Assembly (NCBI GenBank): GCA_021737205.1
Contig: JAIPEK010000001.1
Location: 1 to 32,719, forward strand
DNA length: 32,719 nucleotides
Direction of reading: 5' to 3'
From: Desulfarculaceae bacterium
Lineage (GTDB): Bacteria > Desulfobacterota > Desulfobacteria > Desulfobacterales > Desulfobacteraceae
Every line of letters begins with the position of its first letter. Within the stretch, counting starts at the first letter, position 1. The notes under the pieces are model-generated. The model did no database searches. It was given only the letters and a program-made list of their open reading frames with translations, and had not been told where the DNA came from. The translations under genes were made by a program, and so were the position numbers. Of this stretch, positions 15,260-22,336 are shown one piece after another.

Positions 15260-15502
15260 TTATTCCTCCTTTTTTTCCACGAATATATAGTCCGCTTCCC
15301 TGTTTCGAAGGGTCAGCGTGAAATCATCCAACCTCAATGCCACCGGATCTTTCAGCGGAGCCGTTCCCATTACCGTGATCCTGGTTCCGGGGACAAGCCC
15401 CATATCCCGGATTTTCCTGGCCAGCTCCCCGGTCCCGGTAATCCGACTGATGCAGACGGTGGAATCGACGGGGATTTTTCTCAAACATTGGGTTTCACTC
15501 AT
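15260..15502 (-). CDS. feoA: FeoA family protein
   Basis: SH3-like FeoA pattern ISRITGTGELARKIRDMGLVPGTRITVMGTAPLKDPVALRLDDFTLTLRNREADYIFV. It lies 6 nt upstream of feoB. The ATG at 15502 has GGAG 6 nt upstream; the track start at 15514 has no RBS. Confidence 0.85.
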   Translation of the reverse strand: MSETQCLRKIPVDSTVCISRITGTGELARKIRDMGLVPGTRITVMGTAPLKDPVALRLDDFTLTLRNREADYIFVEKKEE

Positions 15503-15589
15503 TTTGTTCTCCATATTATCATTTTATTCGGCACTCCAAACTTTTTTCGGGAATTTGACACAACCCGACCCGAAAGTCAACAAAAATAA

Positions 15590-15603
15590 TTTACAATTGT
15601 AAA
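15590..15603. promoter_or_regulatory. Perfect 14-bp palindrome TTTACAATTGTAAA in the feoA / small-ORF divergent intergenic region (candidate operator)
   Basis: Read directly from the sequence. It sits about 10 nt upstream of a TTGACT hexamer on the feoA strand. Confidence 0.3.
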
Positions 15604-15630
15604 AAAAGTTAGGTATGCCGAATTTTTTAT

Positions 15631-15659
15631 TTGACTTCACCACCTCCATGCGTTATTTT
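15631..15659 (+). promoter_or_regulatory. Candidate sigma70-type promoter for the plus-strand mini-gene / EamA transcript
   Basis: TTGACT, a 17-nt spacer, then TATTTT, about 62 nt upstream of the ATG at 15722. Confidence 0.3.
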
Positions 15660-15721
15660 CCTTTACATGAAGCCGCATACAGCGGTATAAGGATGGTTTA
15701 CAAACAAAAAGGATTTTTCAT

Positions 15722-15892
15722 ATGGCTGATAAACTGGTGGTGGCATTAATTGTAGGGATTGCATTCGCCTTCGCATTCCGGAAATTTTTCCGGCTGTTCA
15801 AGGGGAAAGAGTCCGGTTGTACAGGGTGCTCCTGTTCTTCGTCATGCAGCAGTGGAGGAGATATGGACTGCAATGACATTGTTTCCAAGTAA
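15722..15892 (+). CDS. FeoB-associated Cys-rich membrane protein (56 aa; below the ORF-track size cut-off)
   Basis: Translation: MADKLVVALIVGIAFAFAFRKFFRLFKGKESGCTGCSCSSSCSSGGDMDCNDIVSK. One N-terminal TM helix, a basic stretch, then a GC(x)GCSC Cys cluster. This is the architecture of the FeoB_associated family. AAGGA lies about 9 nt upstream. Confidence 0.65.
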   Translation: MADKLVVALIVGIAFAFAFRKFFRLFKGKESGCTGCSCSSSCSSGGDMDCNDIVSK

Positions 15893-16775
15893 CACCGGGG
15901 CGGCATTCCTGAAAGGAGATAATCTGAAGACCTTTCTGGGGTGCCTTTCGGTGTTCGGGTCCGCTTTCCTGTTCTATCTTGCCACGGTTGTGGTCAAGTG
16001 GTCCTCCAACGCAGGGTTATCCATTGATCCGGCTTTTTTCGTATTTTCCAGATTTCTGGCCGGATTCATTTTTATATGCATATACATGGGTATTGCCCGT
16101 ACCCCGCCGAAACCGACGAACTATCATTACCTGATCGGAAGGACCGTGGCCAACTGCCTGGCCGTATACTGCTTCTTCCGGGCCGTGGATCTGACCTCGG
16201 TTGCCGAAGGCAACATACTCAACATGACGTACCCGCTCTTTATCACGCTCTTTTCCTGGATCCTTTTCAAAAGGGAGCGGGATTTGGTCAGTGTTTTGAT
16301 CGTGCTGGCCGCCTTTGCAGGGGTCTGGCTCATTCTCTCGCCCGGGGACATGGACCTGAATCCGGACAGCATATGGGGGCTTGCCTCCGGCATCAGCGCG
16401 GCTGTAGCCATCATGTACCTGAACCTCAGCCGAAGGGTCCATGACACCGAAACCACCCTGTTCTTTCTTTTCGGCCTGGGCGGTGTGATCATTTTTCTCG
16501 TGTTCCGGAAAGAAATTTTCATGCCGGATATCGAAATTTTCAAATATCTTTTGATGTGCTCGTTTTTCTCCGTGGCAGGCCAGTATTTCATCACATTGGG
16601 ATTCAAATTCGTCACCTCAGTGGAAGGCGGGATTATTTCCTCGACCAGGATTCTGCTTGCCGCGGTCCTGGGGCCGTACCTCACTTCCGATCCGGCCCTT
16701 TCAGCCGCCGGGTGGGCCGGCGCATTCCTGATTTTCGCGGGGAATGTGTATCTGACACTGCGAAAGGTTAAATAA
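15873..16775 (+). CDS. DMT-superfamily (EamA-like) transporter
   Basis: About 10 predicted TM helices in two EamA-like halves. The first in-frame ATG with a hydrophobic continuation is at 15873 (MTLFPSN...), overlapping the mini-gene by 20 nt. The start is uncertain. Confidence 0.75.
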   Translation: MTLFPSNTGAAFLKGDNLKTFLGCLSVFGSAFLFYLATVVVKWSSNAGLSIDPAFFVFSRFLAGFIFICIYMGIARTPPKPTNYHYLIGRTVANCLAVYCFFRAVDLTSVAEGNILNMTYPLFITLFSWILFKRERDLVSVLIVLAAFAGVWLILSPGDMDLNPDSIWGLASGISAAVAIMYLNLSRRVHDTETTLFFLFGLGGVIIFLVFRKEIFMPDIEIFKYLLMCSFFSVAGQYFITLGFKFVTSVEGGIISSTRILLAAVLGPYLTSDPALSAAGWAGAFLIFAGNVYLTLRKVK

Positions 16776-16909
16776 GCTGTCTTTTTTTAAGAAGCGGAAC
16801 CGGATCCACGATATGCCGGGGAAACCACCTTTTGTGGTCGTCTTCCCCCGGCGCCATGGACAGAAGCGCGGATTGCTTCAGAAGGGTTTTGATTTCGTTA
16901 TGTCCGGCT

Positions 16910-18082
16910 TTACGCCTTATCATTGCAGCGGTCCCAGAACGGAGACATCATCCGCAGTTTGCGGATGATCGGGGGGAGCGTTTCCGCGATATATTTCATC
17001 TCCTCCATGGTGTTGTATACCGAAAGACTGAACCGGATGGAGCCGTGGGCAGACTTGAAGGGAACCTCCATGGCCCTGAGAACATGCGACGGCTCAAGAG
17101 AACCCGATGTGCAGGCGGAACCGGAGGAAGCGCATATACCTGCATAGTCGATGTGCATCAGAATAGACTCCCCTTCGATCGCATCGAACCCGATACTCAC
17201 CGTGTTGGGCAGCCGCCTTTCCCGGTTCCCGTTGATGGAGGAGAAAGAAACGGTTTCAAGCAGGGTGTTTTCCAGATAATCCCGCATGTGCCGGACATCG
17301 GTATCCACCCTCGGCAAATGGTCAACCGCCAGTTCAGATGCCTTTCCAAGTCCGATGATCGAGGCGACATTCTCCGTTCCGCCCCGCCTTCCGGATTCCT
17401 GGTGTCCGCCGACAACAAACGGATGAAACCGGGTGCCTTTTTTCACATACAATGCCCCCACCCCTTTGGGCGCATGAATTTTATGCCCGGACAGAGAGAG
17501 CATGTTCACGGGCAGCTCCCGGACATCCACCGGGATTTTGCCGACCGCCTGGACCGCATCCGTATGGAAGGGTATTCCTTTTTCCGCAGCTTTTTCGGCA
17601 ATATCCTTTACAGGAAACACCACCCCGGTCTCGTTATTGGCCCACATAACCGTCACAAGCGCCGTATCATCGGAAAGGCTTTGAGTGAAATAATCAAAAT
17701 CAAAATTGCCGCTTGTGTCCACCGGCACATACGTTACCCGATAGCCCTCTTTTTCAAGCGCGGTGCAAAGATTCAGTACCGCCGGATGCTCCACCGCAGA
17801 AGTGATGATGTGTTTTTTCTCCGGAGCGGATTTAAGTGCCGACCGGACAGCGGCATTGTCGCTTTCAGTGCCGCAGCTTGTAAAAATAATTTCCTCGGGT
17901 GAGGCTCCGACAAGAGCGGCTGTTTTTTCTCTCGCCTCCCGGATTTTTTTCGCCACATTCCCGCCGAACGCGTGTACGCTTGACGGATTCCCGTAGTACT
18001 CGGAAAAATACGGCAGCATTTCATCCAGAACCTCGGGCGCCACCCGGGTGGTGGCATTGTTATCCACATAAACCGTTGTCAT
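16910..18082 (-). CDS. nifS: Cysteine desulfurase, NifS type
   Basis: VYVDNNATTRVAPEVLDEMLPYFSEYYGNPSSVH, PLP-Lys motif SLSGHKIHAPKGVGALYV, catalytic loop SSGSACTSGSLEPSHVL. Confidence 0.9.
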   Translation of the reverse strand: MTTVYVDNNATTRVAPEVLDEMLPYFSEYYGNPSSVHAFGGNVAKKIREAREKTAALVGASPEEIIFTSCGTESDNAAVRSALKSAPEKKHIITSAVEHPAVLNLCTALEKEGYRVTYVPVDTSGNFDFDYFTQSLSDDTALVTVMWANNETGVVFPVKDIAEKAAEKGIPFHTDAVQAVGKIPVDVRELPVNMLSLSGHKIHAPKGVGALYVKKGTRFHPFVVGGHQESGRRGGTENVASIIGLGKASELAVDHLPRVDTDVRHMRDYLENTLLETVSFSSINGNRERRLPNTVSIGFDAIEGESILMHIDYAGICASSGSACTSGSLEPSHVLRAMEVPFKSAHGSIRFSLSVYNTMEEMKYIAETLPPIIRKLRMMSPFWDRCNDKA

Positions 18083-18097
18083 ACAAGCCCCTTTTGA

Positions 18098-18661
18098 TCA
18101 AACTTTTTCTTTTACCGTTCGAATCAGATCCTCGATCTTCTCAAGACAGTTCCCGCATCCGCCGCCGGCTTTGAGAAAGCAGGTCACGTCGTCCGTGCTT
18201 TCGAGATTGTTTTCCTTGACCGCCTTTACGATCTCCCGGTCGGTAATGTCAAAACACTCGCACACCACTTCACCTTCCTTTTCCGGAAGATCTTCTCCTC
18301 TGTATGCGGCAAGGGCTTTTTCCAGGGCCTGACGTCCCATGACCGAACAGTGCATTTTCTCTTTGGGCAGTCCCCCGAGATACTCTGCAATATCATCGTT
18401 GGTGATTTTTTCCGCCTCTTGAAGTGTCAGCCCCTTGAGCATTTCCGTGAGCGCCGACGAACTTGCAATGGCGCTTGCGCACCCGAAAGTCATGAATTTT
18501 GCATCTTCTATAATGCCGTCGTCATTGATTTGCAGATACAGTTTCAATGCATCTCCGCATGAGATGGATCCTTTTTCCCCGACGGCTGAAGCATCCTCGA
18601 TCTCCCCGACATTCCGGGGATTCATGAAATGCTCTTTCACCTTTTCGCTGTATTCCCACAT
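18098..18661 (-). CDS. nifU: NifU-like Fe-S scaffold (IscU-like N-domain plus BFD-like [2Fe-2S] domain)
   Basis: HFMNPRNVGE, GSISCGDALKLYL, FGCASAIASSSALTEMLKG, KMHCSVMG, then CECFDITDREIVKAV ... GGGCGNCLEKIEDLI. RBS GGGAGG. Confidence 0.85.
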   Translation of the reverse strand: MWEYSEKVKEHFMNPRNVGEIEDASAVGEKGSISCGDALKLYLQINDDGIIEDAKFMTFGCASAIASSSALTEMLKGLTLQEAEKITNDDIAEYLGGLPKEKMHCSVMGRQALEKALAAYRGEDLPEKEGEVVCECFDITDREIVKAVKENNLESTDDVTCFLKAGGGCGNCLEKIEDLIRTVKEKV

Positions 18662-18721
18662 ATATATTTCCTCCCTTTTTCAGGTGATTGTGTTCCCGTT
18701 TGCGGCTTTCAGCCTATTCGA

Positions 18722-18749
18722 AATATACTACACTGTGGCAGTATGTCAA
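18722..18749 (-). promoter_or_regulatory. Candidate sigma70 promoter of nifU-nifS
   Basis: On the minus strand: TTGACA (18749-18744), a 16-nt spacer, TATATT (18727-18722). It lies about 60 nt upstream of the nifU ATG. Confidence 0.5.
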
Positions 18750-18797
18750 TAATTTTTCCACCAAGGAAGGTCGTCATTCCGGAGATCCTGAATAATG

Positions 18798-18909
18798 GCC
18801 ATGCCCTTTCGGACACAACGAATGATAAAAGATCACCATGAAGAACATGAAGGTTTTGCTTCAGTTCCTTCATTGCCTTCATGGTAATAAATGGCATTCT
18901 TTCATATAA
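18798..18909. repeat. Compound-hairpin repeat element, copy 3 (left arm one 9-nt unit shorter)
   Basis: GCCATGCCCTTTCGGACACAACGAATGATAAAAGATCACCATGAAGAACATGAAGGTTTTGCTTCAGTTCCTTCATTGCCTTCATGGTAATAAATGGCATTCTTTCATATAA. It is collinear with copy 2, including the GGACACAACGAATGAT flank and the TTCTTTCATATAA end. Confidence 0.9.
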
Positions 18910-18960
18910 CGGCCTTAATGCACAGTATAGCAACGATCCACTACACTTGAACAAAAAACA

Positions 18961-19009
18961 TTCCTGCTTCTTGTTTCTTGTCTCTTGTCTCAAGTTTCCA
19001 GTTTCTTGA
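18961..19009. repeat. Degenerate heptanucleotide tandem array (TTCTTGT-like, about 7 units)
   Basis: TTCCTGC TTCTTGT TTCTTGT CTCTTGT CTCAAGT TTCCAGT TTCTTGA, with strict 7-nt phasing. Intergenic, about 50 nt from repeat copy 3. Confidence 0.8.
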
Positions 19010-19055
19010 AAAAGCGCCGGGGACGAACCGGCTCGAAAGCCGACACATCCCCGGC
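19008..19055 (-). terminator. Intrinsic terminator of the satP / Cache / Zn-ribbon transcript
   Basis: On the minus strand: GCCGGGGA ... TCCCCGGC (8-bp GC-rich stem with an inner CGGCTTTCGAGCCG hairpin), followed by GCTTTTTC. It starts about 15 nt after the stop at 19071. Confidence 0.55.
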
Positions 19056-19070
19056 TAACTTGTGCTGTTC

Positions 19071-19259
19071 CTACTCGTCTTCCGGCTCGAGATCCTTGTC
19101 CACGTCCGCTTCAAATTTCATCAGGCATTCGTGGCATTCAAGCTCCACATTCGGTACATCCCCATGTTTTGCTTTCAATTCCTCTTCCGACAGGGGGGTC
19201 AGATGAGAGCAGCCGCACTGCGGGCATGGTTTTTTCACACGATATTTTTTCCCGGCCAT
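19071..19259 (-). CDS. Small zinc-ribbon protein (62 aa) with an acidic C-terminus
   Basis: RBS AGGAGG 5 nt upstream. CPQCGC ... CHEC forms a CxxC-x26-CxxC ribbon. The tail is DVDKDLEPEDE. Confidence 0.6.
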   Translation of the reverse strand: MAGKKYRVKKPCPQCGCSHLTPLSEEELKAKHGDVPNVELECHECLMKFEADVDKDLEPEDE

Positions 19260-19283
19260 TTGCTCCTCCTTTGTCTTATTCGG

Positions 19284-19766
19284 TTAATATATCATCCCGC
19301 CCACGTAGACACCGGCCCCCACGAACAGGTCGTGGTCCGGCACCCTGTAAATATACGTCTGCTTTTTCCGCGGTGTATTTTTCAAAGGTTTGGGCCACAT
19401 GTATTCCACCCAGCCTTCCTTCTTGGAACGGGCAAGATTCACGAAATGGACGAAAAGCGGCTTGTCCGTCGGGTCCGTAATCAAAAGACAGTGTTCTTTG
19501 CGGGTCAGTTCGGGTTTGAAAGGATGGGCGATCATTTTGCCGTTCAAGTTCATCAGGAACACGTAGGAGTCTTTCCAGACAAACGGGCCGTCCGGATCAC
19601 CGATAAGTTCCGCTGCCCTTTCCACCCCTTTTGAGTTGATCATGGCAGCCGCTTCGCGGCATTTCACCACGCATTCCTCTTTGGTGGCCGAGTCGTTCGC
19701 GCTCGCCCGGGAAACAGGCAGGCAGAACAATAGCGCCAGAACCGTTATCATAAATATTTTTTTCAT
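19284..19766 (-). CDS. Secreted stand-alone single-Cache (sCache_2-like) domain protein
   Basis: RBS AAGGAG. Signal peptide MKKIFMITVLALLFCLPVSRASA. Cache-like core YVFLMNLNGKMIAHPFKPEL ... GWVEYMWPKP ... KQTYIYRVPDHDLFVGAGVY. No TM anchor or output domain follows. Confidence 0.7.
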   Translation of the reverse strand: MKKIFMITVLALLFCLPVSRASANDSATKEECVVKCREAAAMINSKGVERAAELIGDPDGPFVWKDSYVFLMNLNGKMIAHPFKPELTRKEHCLLITDPTDKPLFVHFVNLARSKKEGWVEYMWPKPLKNTPRKKQTYIYRVPDHDLFVGAGVYVGGMIY

Positions 19767-19826
19767 AAGATTCTCCTTTTTGAAGTCACAAACAAAAGGC
19801 ACCAAACGCAGGCGAAAAAATAAAAT

Positions 19827-20396
19827 CTATTTCAGCCAGGGTTTGCCCACCGGCAGAACATCCCGCCCGAAGACCTGGGCGTATATTGCATGAGCCATCA
19901 TGTAAAGGGCGGATGCCGCACAGAACATCAGTTCATACCCGGCAATGACCGTAAACTGCGGGTAGCCGAAATGAGCGATATCCAGCAGAATAAATCCGAT
20001 CAAAAGCAGGGTAAAGGTAACGGCCATGGCCGAGTGAATCCGCATGGCGGGTATCCACATGATAAAAGTATACAGGGTCCAACTCACCAGAAACCATCCA
20101 ACGTCACTGGTGGCGGAATGATAGATATTAAAATGATTGAGCAGAAAAATAACGCCGAGGGCAATCCAGAACGAACCGTACGAGACAAACGCGCTGAAAC
20201 CGAAATTATTCCCCACGCTGAACTCGAAGTATCCGGCGATCAGCTGGGCCATACCGCCGAATACAAACGCCATGGCCACGACAGGCCCCACATCGCACCA
20301 TCCGACATTGTGAAACTGTAAAAGCATGGTGGTAATACCGAATCCGGCAAGCCCCACTACCGCCGGATTCCCTTTCACTGCTGCAGAATCAGTCAT
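19827..20396 (-). CDS. satP: Acetate/succinate-proton symporter, GPR1/FUN34/YaaH (SatP) family
   Basis: NPAVVGLAGFGITTMLL signature, six TM helices, FGGMAQLIAGYFEF, 189 aa. RBS AAGGAG. Confidence 0.85.
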   Translation of the reverse strand: MTDSAAVKGNPAVVGLAGFGITTMLLQFHNVGWCDVGPVVAMAFVFGGMAQLIAGYFEFSVGNNFGFSAFVSYGSFWIALGVIFLLNHFNIYHSATSDVGWFLVSWTLYTFIMWIPAMRIHSAMAVTFTLLLIGFILLDIAHFGYPQFTVIAGYELMFCAASALYMMAHAIYAQVFGRDVLPVGKPWLK

Positions 20397-20628
20397 ACGC
20401 TACTCCTTTTCATGGTTTCAGTTACCTGGGATCAAAAGCCTGCTGCGCTTCACCTTTCGTTTCGCATAAAAATCAGGTTTTCATCCCGCCGGACTTGAAG
20501 AAAAATGTCATTCAAGTTTTCACTTTTCATTTATTTTGTCAACATAATTTTCTTAAAAATCGCAACCCTCATGTAAGAGCATGCACCGGGTTCAAAACAC
20601 GTATATTCTTTCTTATACGGATTTAAAG

Positions 20629-20698
20629 TAAAAAAGAGAAAAGCGGATTTACGATTGATACGGGAACATATCGACAAGAGACTCCCTGTCGAAATCCG
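20629..20698 (-). terminator. Weak terminator candidate overlapping the end of the DUF2400 gene
   Basis: On the minus strand: CGGATTT ... AAATCCG (7 bp, long loop with an inner CGACA/TGTCG hairpin) followed by CTTTTCTCTTTTTT. The loop is atypically long. Confidence 0.25.
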
Positions 20699-21452
20699 GG
20701 TGAATTCCGAAGCGGGTCAGGGGAAAATCGTAACGGACCGGATCATCAGGGGCGATTTTCCGCAAGCTGCGGGTCGCCTGGAGAGCAGCATTCATATCGG
20801 CCTGCCTGCGGTCCGTAAAACCGAGCTGCCTGCAGATCCGGTGCATATGGGTATCCAGGGGAACCAACAGCATGGAAGGGGCAACACCGGTCCATCCTCC
20901 CGGATCGACCTCATCTTTGCGGACCATCCATCTGAGATACAGGTTGCTTCTTTTGCACGCACTGCCCTTTTCCGGCAAGGCGAGAAGATATCCAGGATCC
21001 GAGTATTCCCGAATTCTTGAGGTCATAAACGAAAGGGCGGGAAGAATCGTTTCGTGATTGTCGGAGAAGCCTTCCAGGAAACATTCGTTCAGCGAGCCGA
21101 AGATTTGGATTACGTGTTTGAGCCCCTTGCACAATTCAGCTAACTGACGGCCTTTAACGAACCGGTAGTAAAAATTTCCAAAATCATGATCAAAATCGGA
21201 GAAAGCACCCGTTTCAATATAGCGCCTCGGATGTTTTCCCATGACGCTAAGGACCCGGTCCACCGCCTTGAGAATCTGGTCCACCCGTCCGAAGGCCAGA
21301 CTTGATGCCATCATTCCGCAAATTTCACGATCATCGATATCCGGGTACTCGTACAAAAACTGAAGCGGATCCGGACGTACGAATCTCCTTTTATTATAGA
21401 TTCTCCGGATCTCTTCCAGGCGGCGGCGAAAATCCGAATTACCGGGTGTCAT
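20649..21452 (-). CDS. TIGR02757 / DUF2400 family protein (HhH-GPD-like fold suspected)
   Basis: PDPLQFLYEYPDIDDREICGMMASSLAFGRVDQILKAV and LVPLDTHMHRICRQLGFT fit my recollection of the DUF2400 family. The start is taken at the ATG at 21452 (RBS GGAGAGG), overlapping the upstream gene by 14 nt. Confidence 0.6.
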   Translation of the reverse strand: MTPGNSDFRRRLEEIRRIYNKRRFVRPDPLQFLYEYPDIDDREICGMMASSLAFGRVDQILKAVDRVLSVMGKHPRRYIETGAFSDFDHDFGNFYYRFVKGRQLAELCKGLKHVIQIFGSLNECFLEGFSDNHETILPALSFMTSRIREYSDPGYLLALPEKGSACKRSNLYLRWMVRKDEVDPGGWTGVAPSMLLVPLDTHMHRICRQLGFTDRRQADMNAALQATRSLRKIAPDDPVRYDFPLTRFGIHPDFDRESLVDMFPYQS

Positions 21453-22281
21453 CCGCAGCCTCTCCAAGAGCCTTTCGAACCGAGGCGCACAAATTCTTTC
21501 CCTGAAGCGGTTTTTGGGAAAGAAGAGCCATGATCGCTTCGATACCGGCGTGCTTGTCCGCAAACTCCACTGTACCGTCCGGTTTCCCATCCCTGATTGT
21601 CAATTTCGAACGAAATCGCCGAAGACCGATTCCGTTCAGAACCAGCTCGGCAATATCCAACCGGACGTCGATATCCGCGCGGCCGGGCAGTGAAATGTGG
21701 TCCGGGATTTCGGGAATGGCCGGTTCCGCCATCGGGACCGGTTCATCATCCGTTCCCGTATCAAAGGAGGTGATCTCCATGCGCCGGGAGACACCATCCA
21801 CGACCCACGAGCGGCCGGTCCGGGCGCCGGCTGACGCTTTCAGCTGCTCCGCCTTGACATCGAGCCCTGTCCGTGTTTTCCGGTCCATGTACAAAACCCG
21901 GCTGTTTTTCATGATCACTTCCTTCGAGCCGGATTCTGCAGCCGGATCTTTTTCGCCCGGCCCGCGTTCAGTCTCCCGGCTTTGGTTTCTGCGGAAATCC
22001 GGGATCCACCGGCCGTTTTCATCCCTTTGAATCACGATCCTGGACTCCTCCAGCAACAGATGTTTCACCCGTATCTCACCTTTGACAAGCCGGGCGAAGT
22101 CCAGGGCAATAACTATCTTTTTGACGTAGGATTCCCCGAAATAAAGATCCGTTGCCGTAATTTTCGGCGAGAAACCGGGTTTGAGATCCACATCTCCCCT
22201 GATTTCCACAGGCAGGCCTGTTTTTTCCAGGATTCCGTCCGTCACTTTTTGTACAACTTTTTTTAAATTAAAGGCAACCAT
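21439..22281 (-). CDS. Hypothetical protein, weakly AsmA-like, with no N-terminal membrane anchor
   Basis: LPVEIRGDVDLKPGFSPKITATDLYFGES ... IRVKHLLLEESRIVIQRDENGRW resembles AsmA N-terminal repeats. The similarity is judged by eye only. The ATG at 22281 lies downstream of the mfd stop. Confidence 0.35.
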   Translation of the reverse strand: MVAFNLKKVVQKVTDGILEKTGLPVEIRGDVDLKPGFSPKITATDLYFGESYVKKIVIALDFARLVKGEIRVKHLLLEESRIVIQRDENGRWIPDFRRNQSRETERGPGEKDPAAESGSKEVIMKNSRVLYMDRKTRTGLDVKAEQLKASAGARTGRSWVVDGVSRRMEITSFDTGTDDEPVPMAEPAIPEIPDHISLPGRADIDVRLDIAELVLNGIGLRRFRSKLTIRDGKPDGTVEFADKHAGIEAIMALLSQKPLQGKNLCASVRKALGEAADDTR

Positions 22282-22336
22282 GGCTGTCTTGCATCTCCCT
22301 TTCTTTCCGGCCGATTGTATTCTACCATCTTCCGTT

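Noticed and set aside
13487-15589. Plus-strand ORFs of 389 aa and 286 aa overlapping feoB and feoA
   Set aside because: They lie antisense to a full-length, motif-rich feoAB. Their translations are R/G/H/P-rich, as is typical of out-of-frame reading.
16832-17902. 356-aa plus-strand ORF overlapping nifS
   Set aside because: It lies antisense to a canonical NifS with PLP-lysine and catalytic-Cys motifs, so it is a shadow ORF.
5735-18909. Whether the three repeat copies or the heptamer arrays constitute a CRISPR array
   Set aside because: The copies are kilobases apart and internally palindromic, with no regularly spaced unique spacers. The heptamer units are contiguous and far too short. No cas genes are present.
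18709-18993. 94-aa minus-strand ORF spanning repeat copy 3 and the heptamer array
   Set aside because: It is composed almost entirely of repeat-derived sequence. It has no RBS, and it covers the mapped -35 region of the nifU promoter.
20397-20648. 252-nt satP leader as a riboswitch or sigma54 promoter
   Set aside because: No GG-N10-GC element has the right spacing, and only a 7-bp hairpin (ACTTGAA/TTCAAGT) is present. Nothing resembles a riboswitch class I can recognise by eye.
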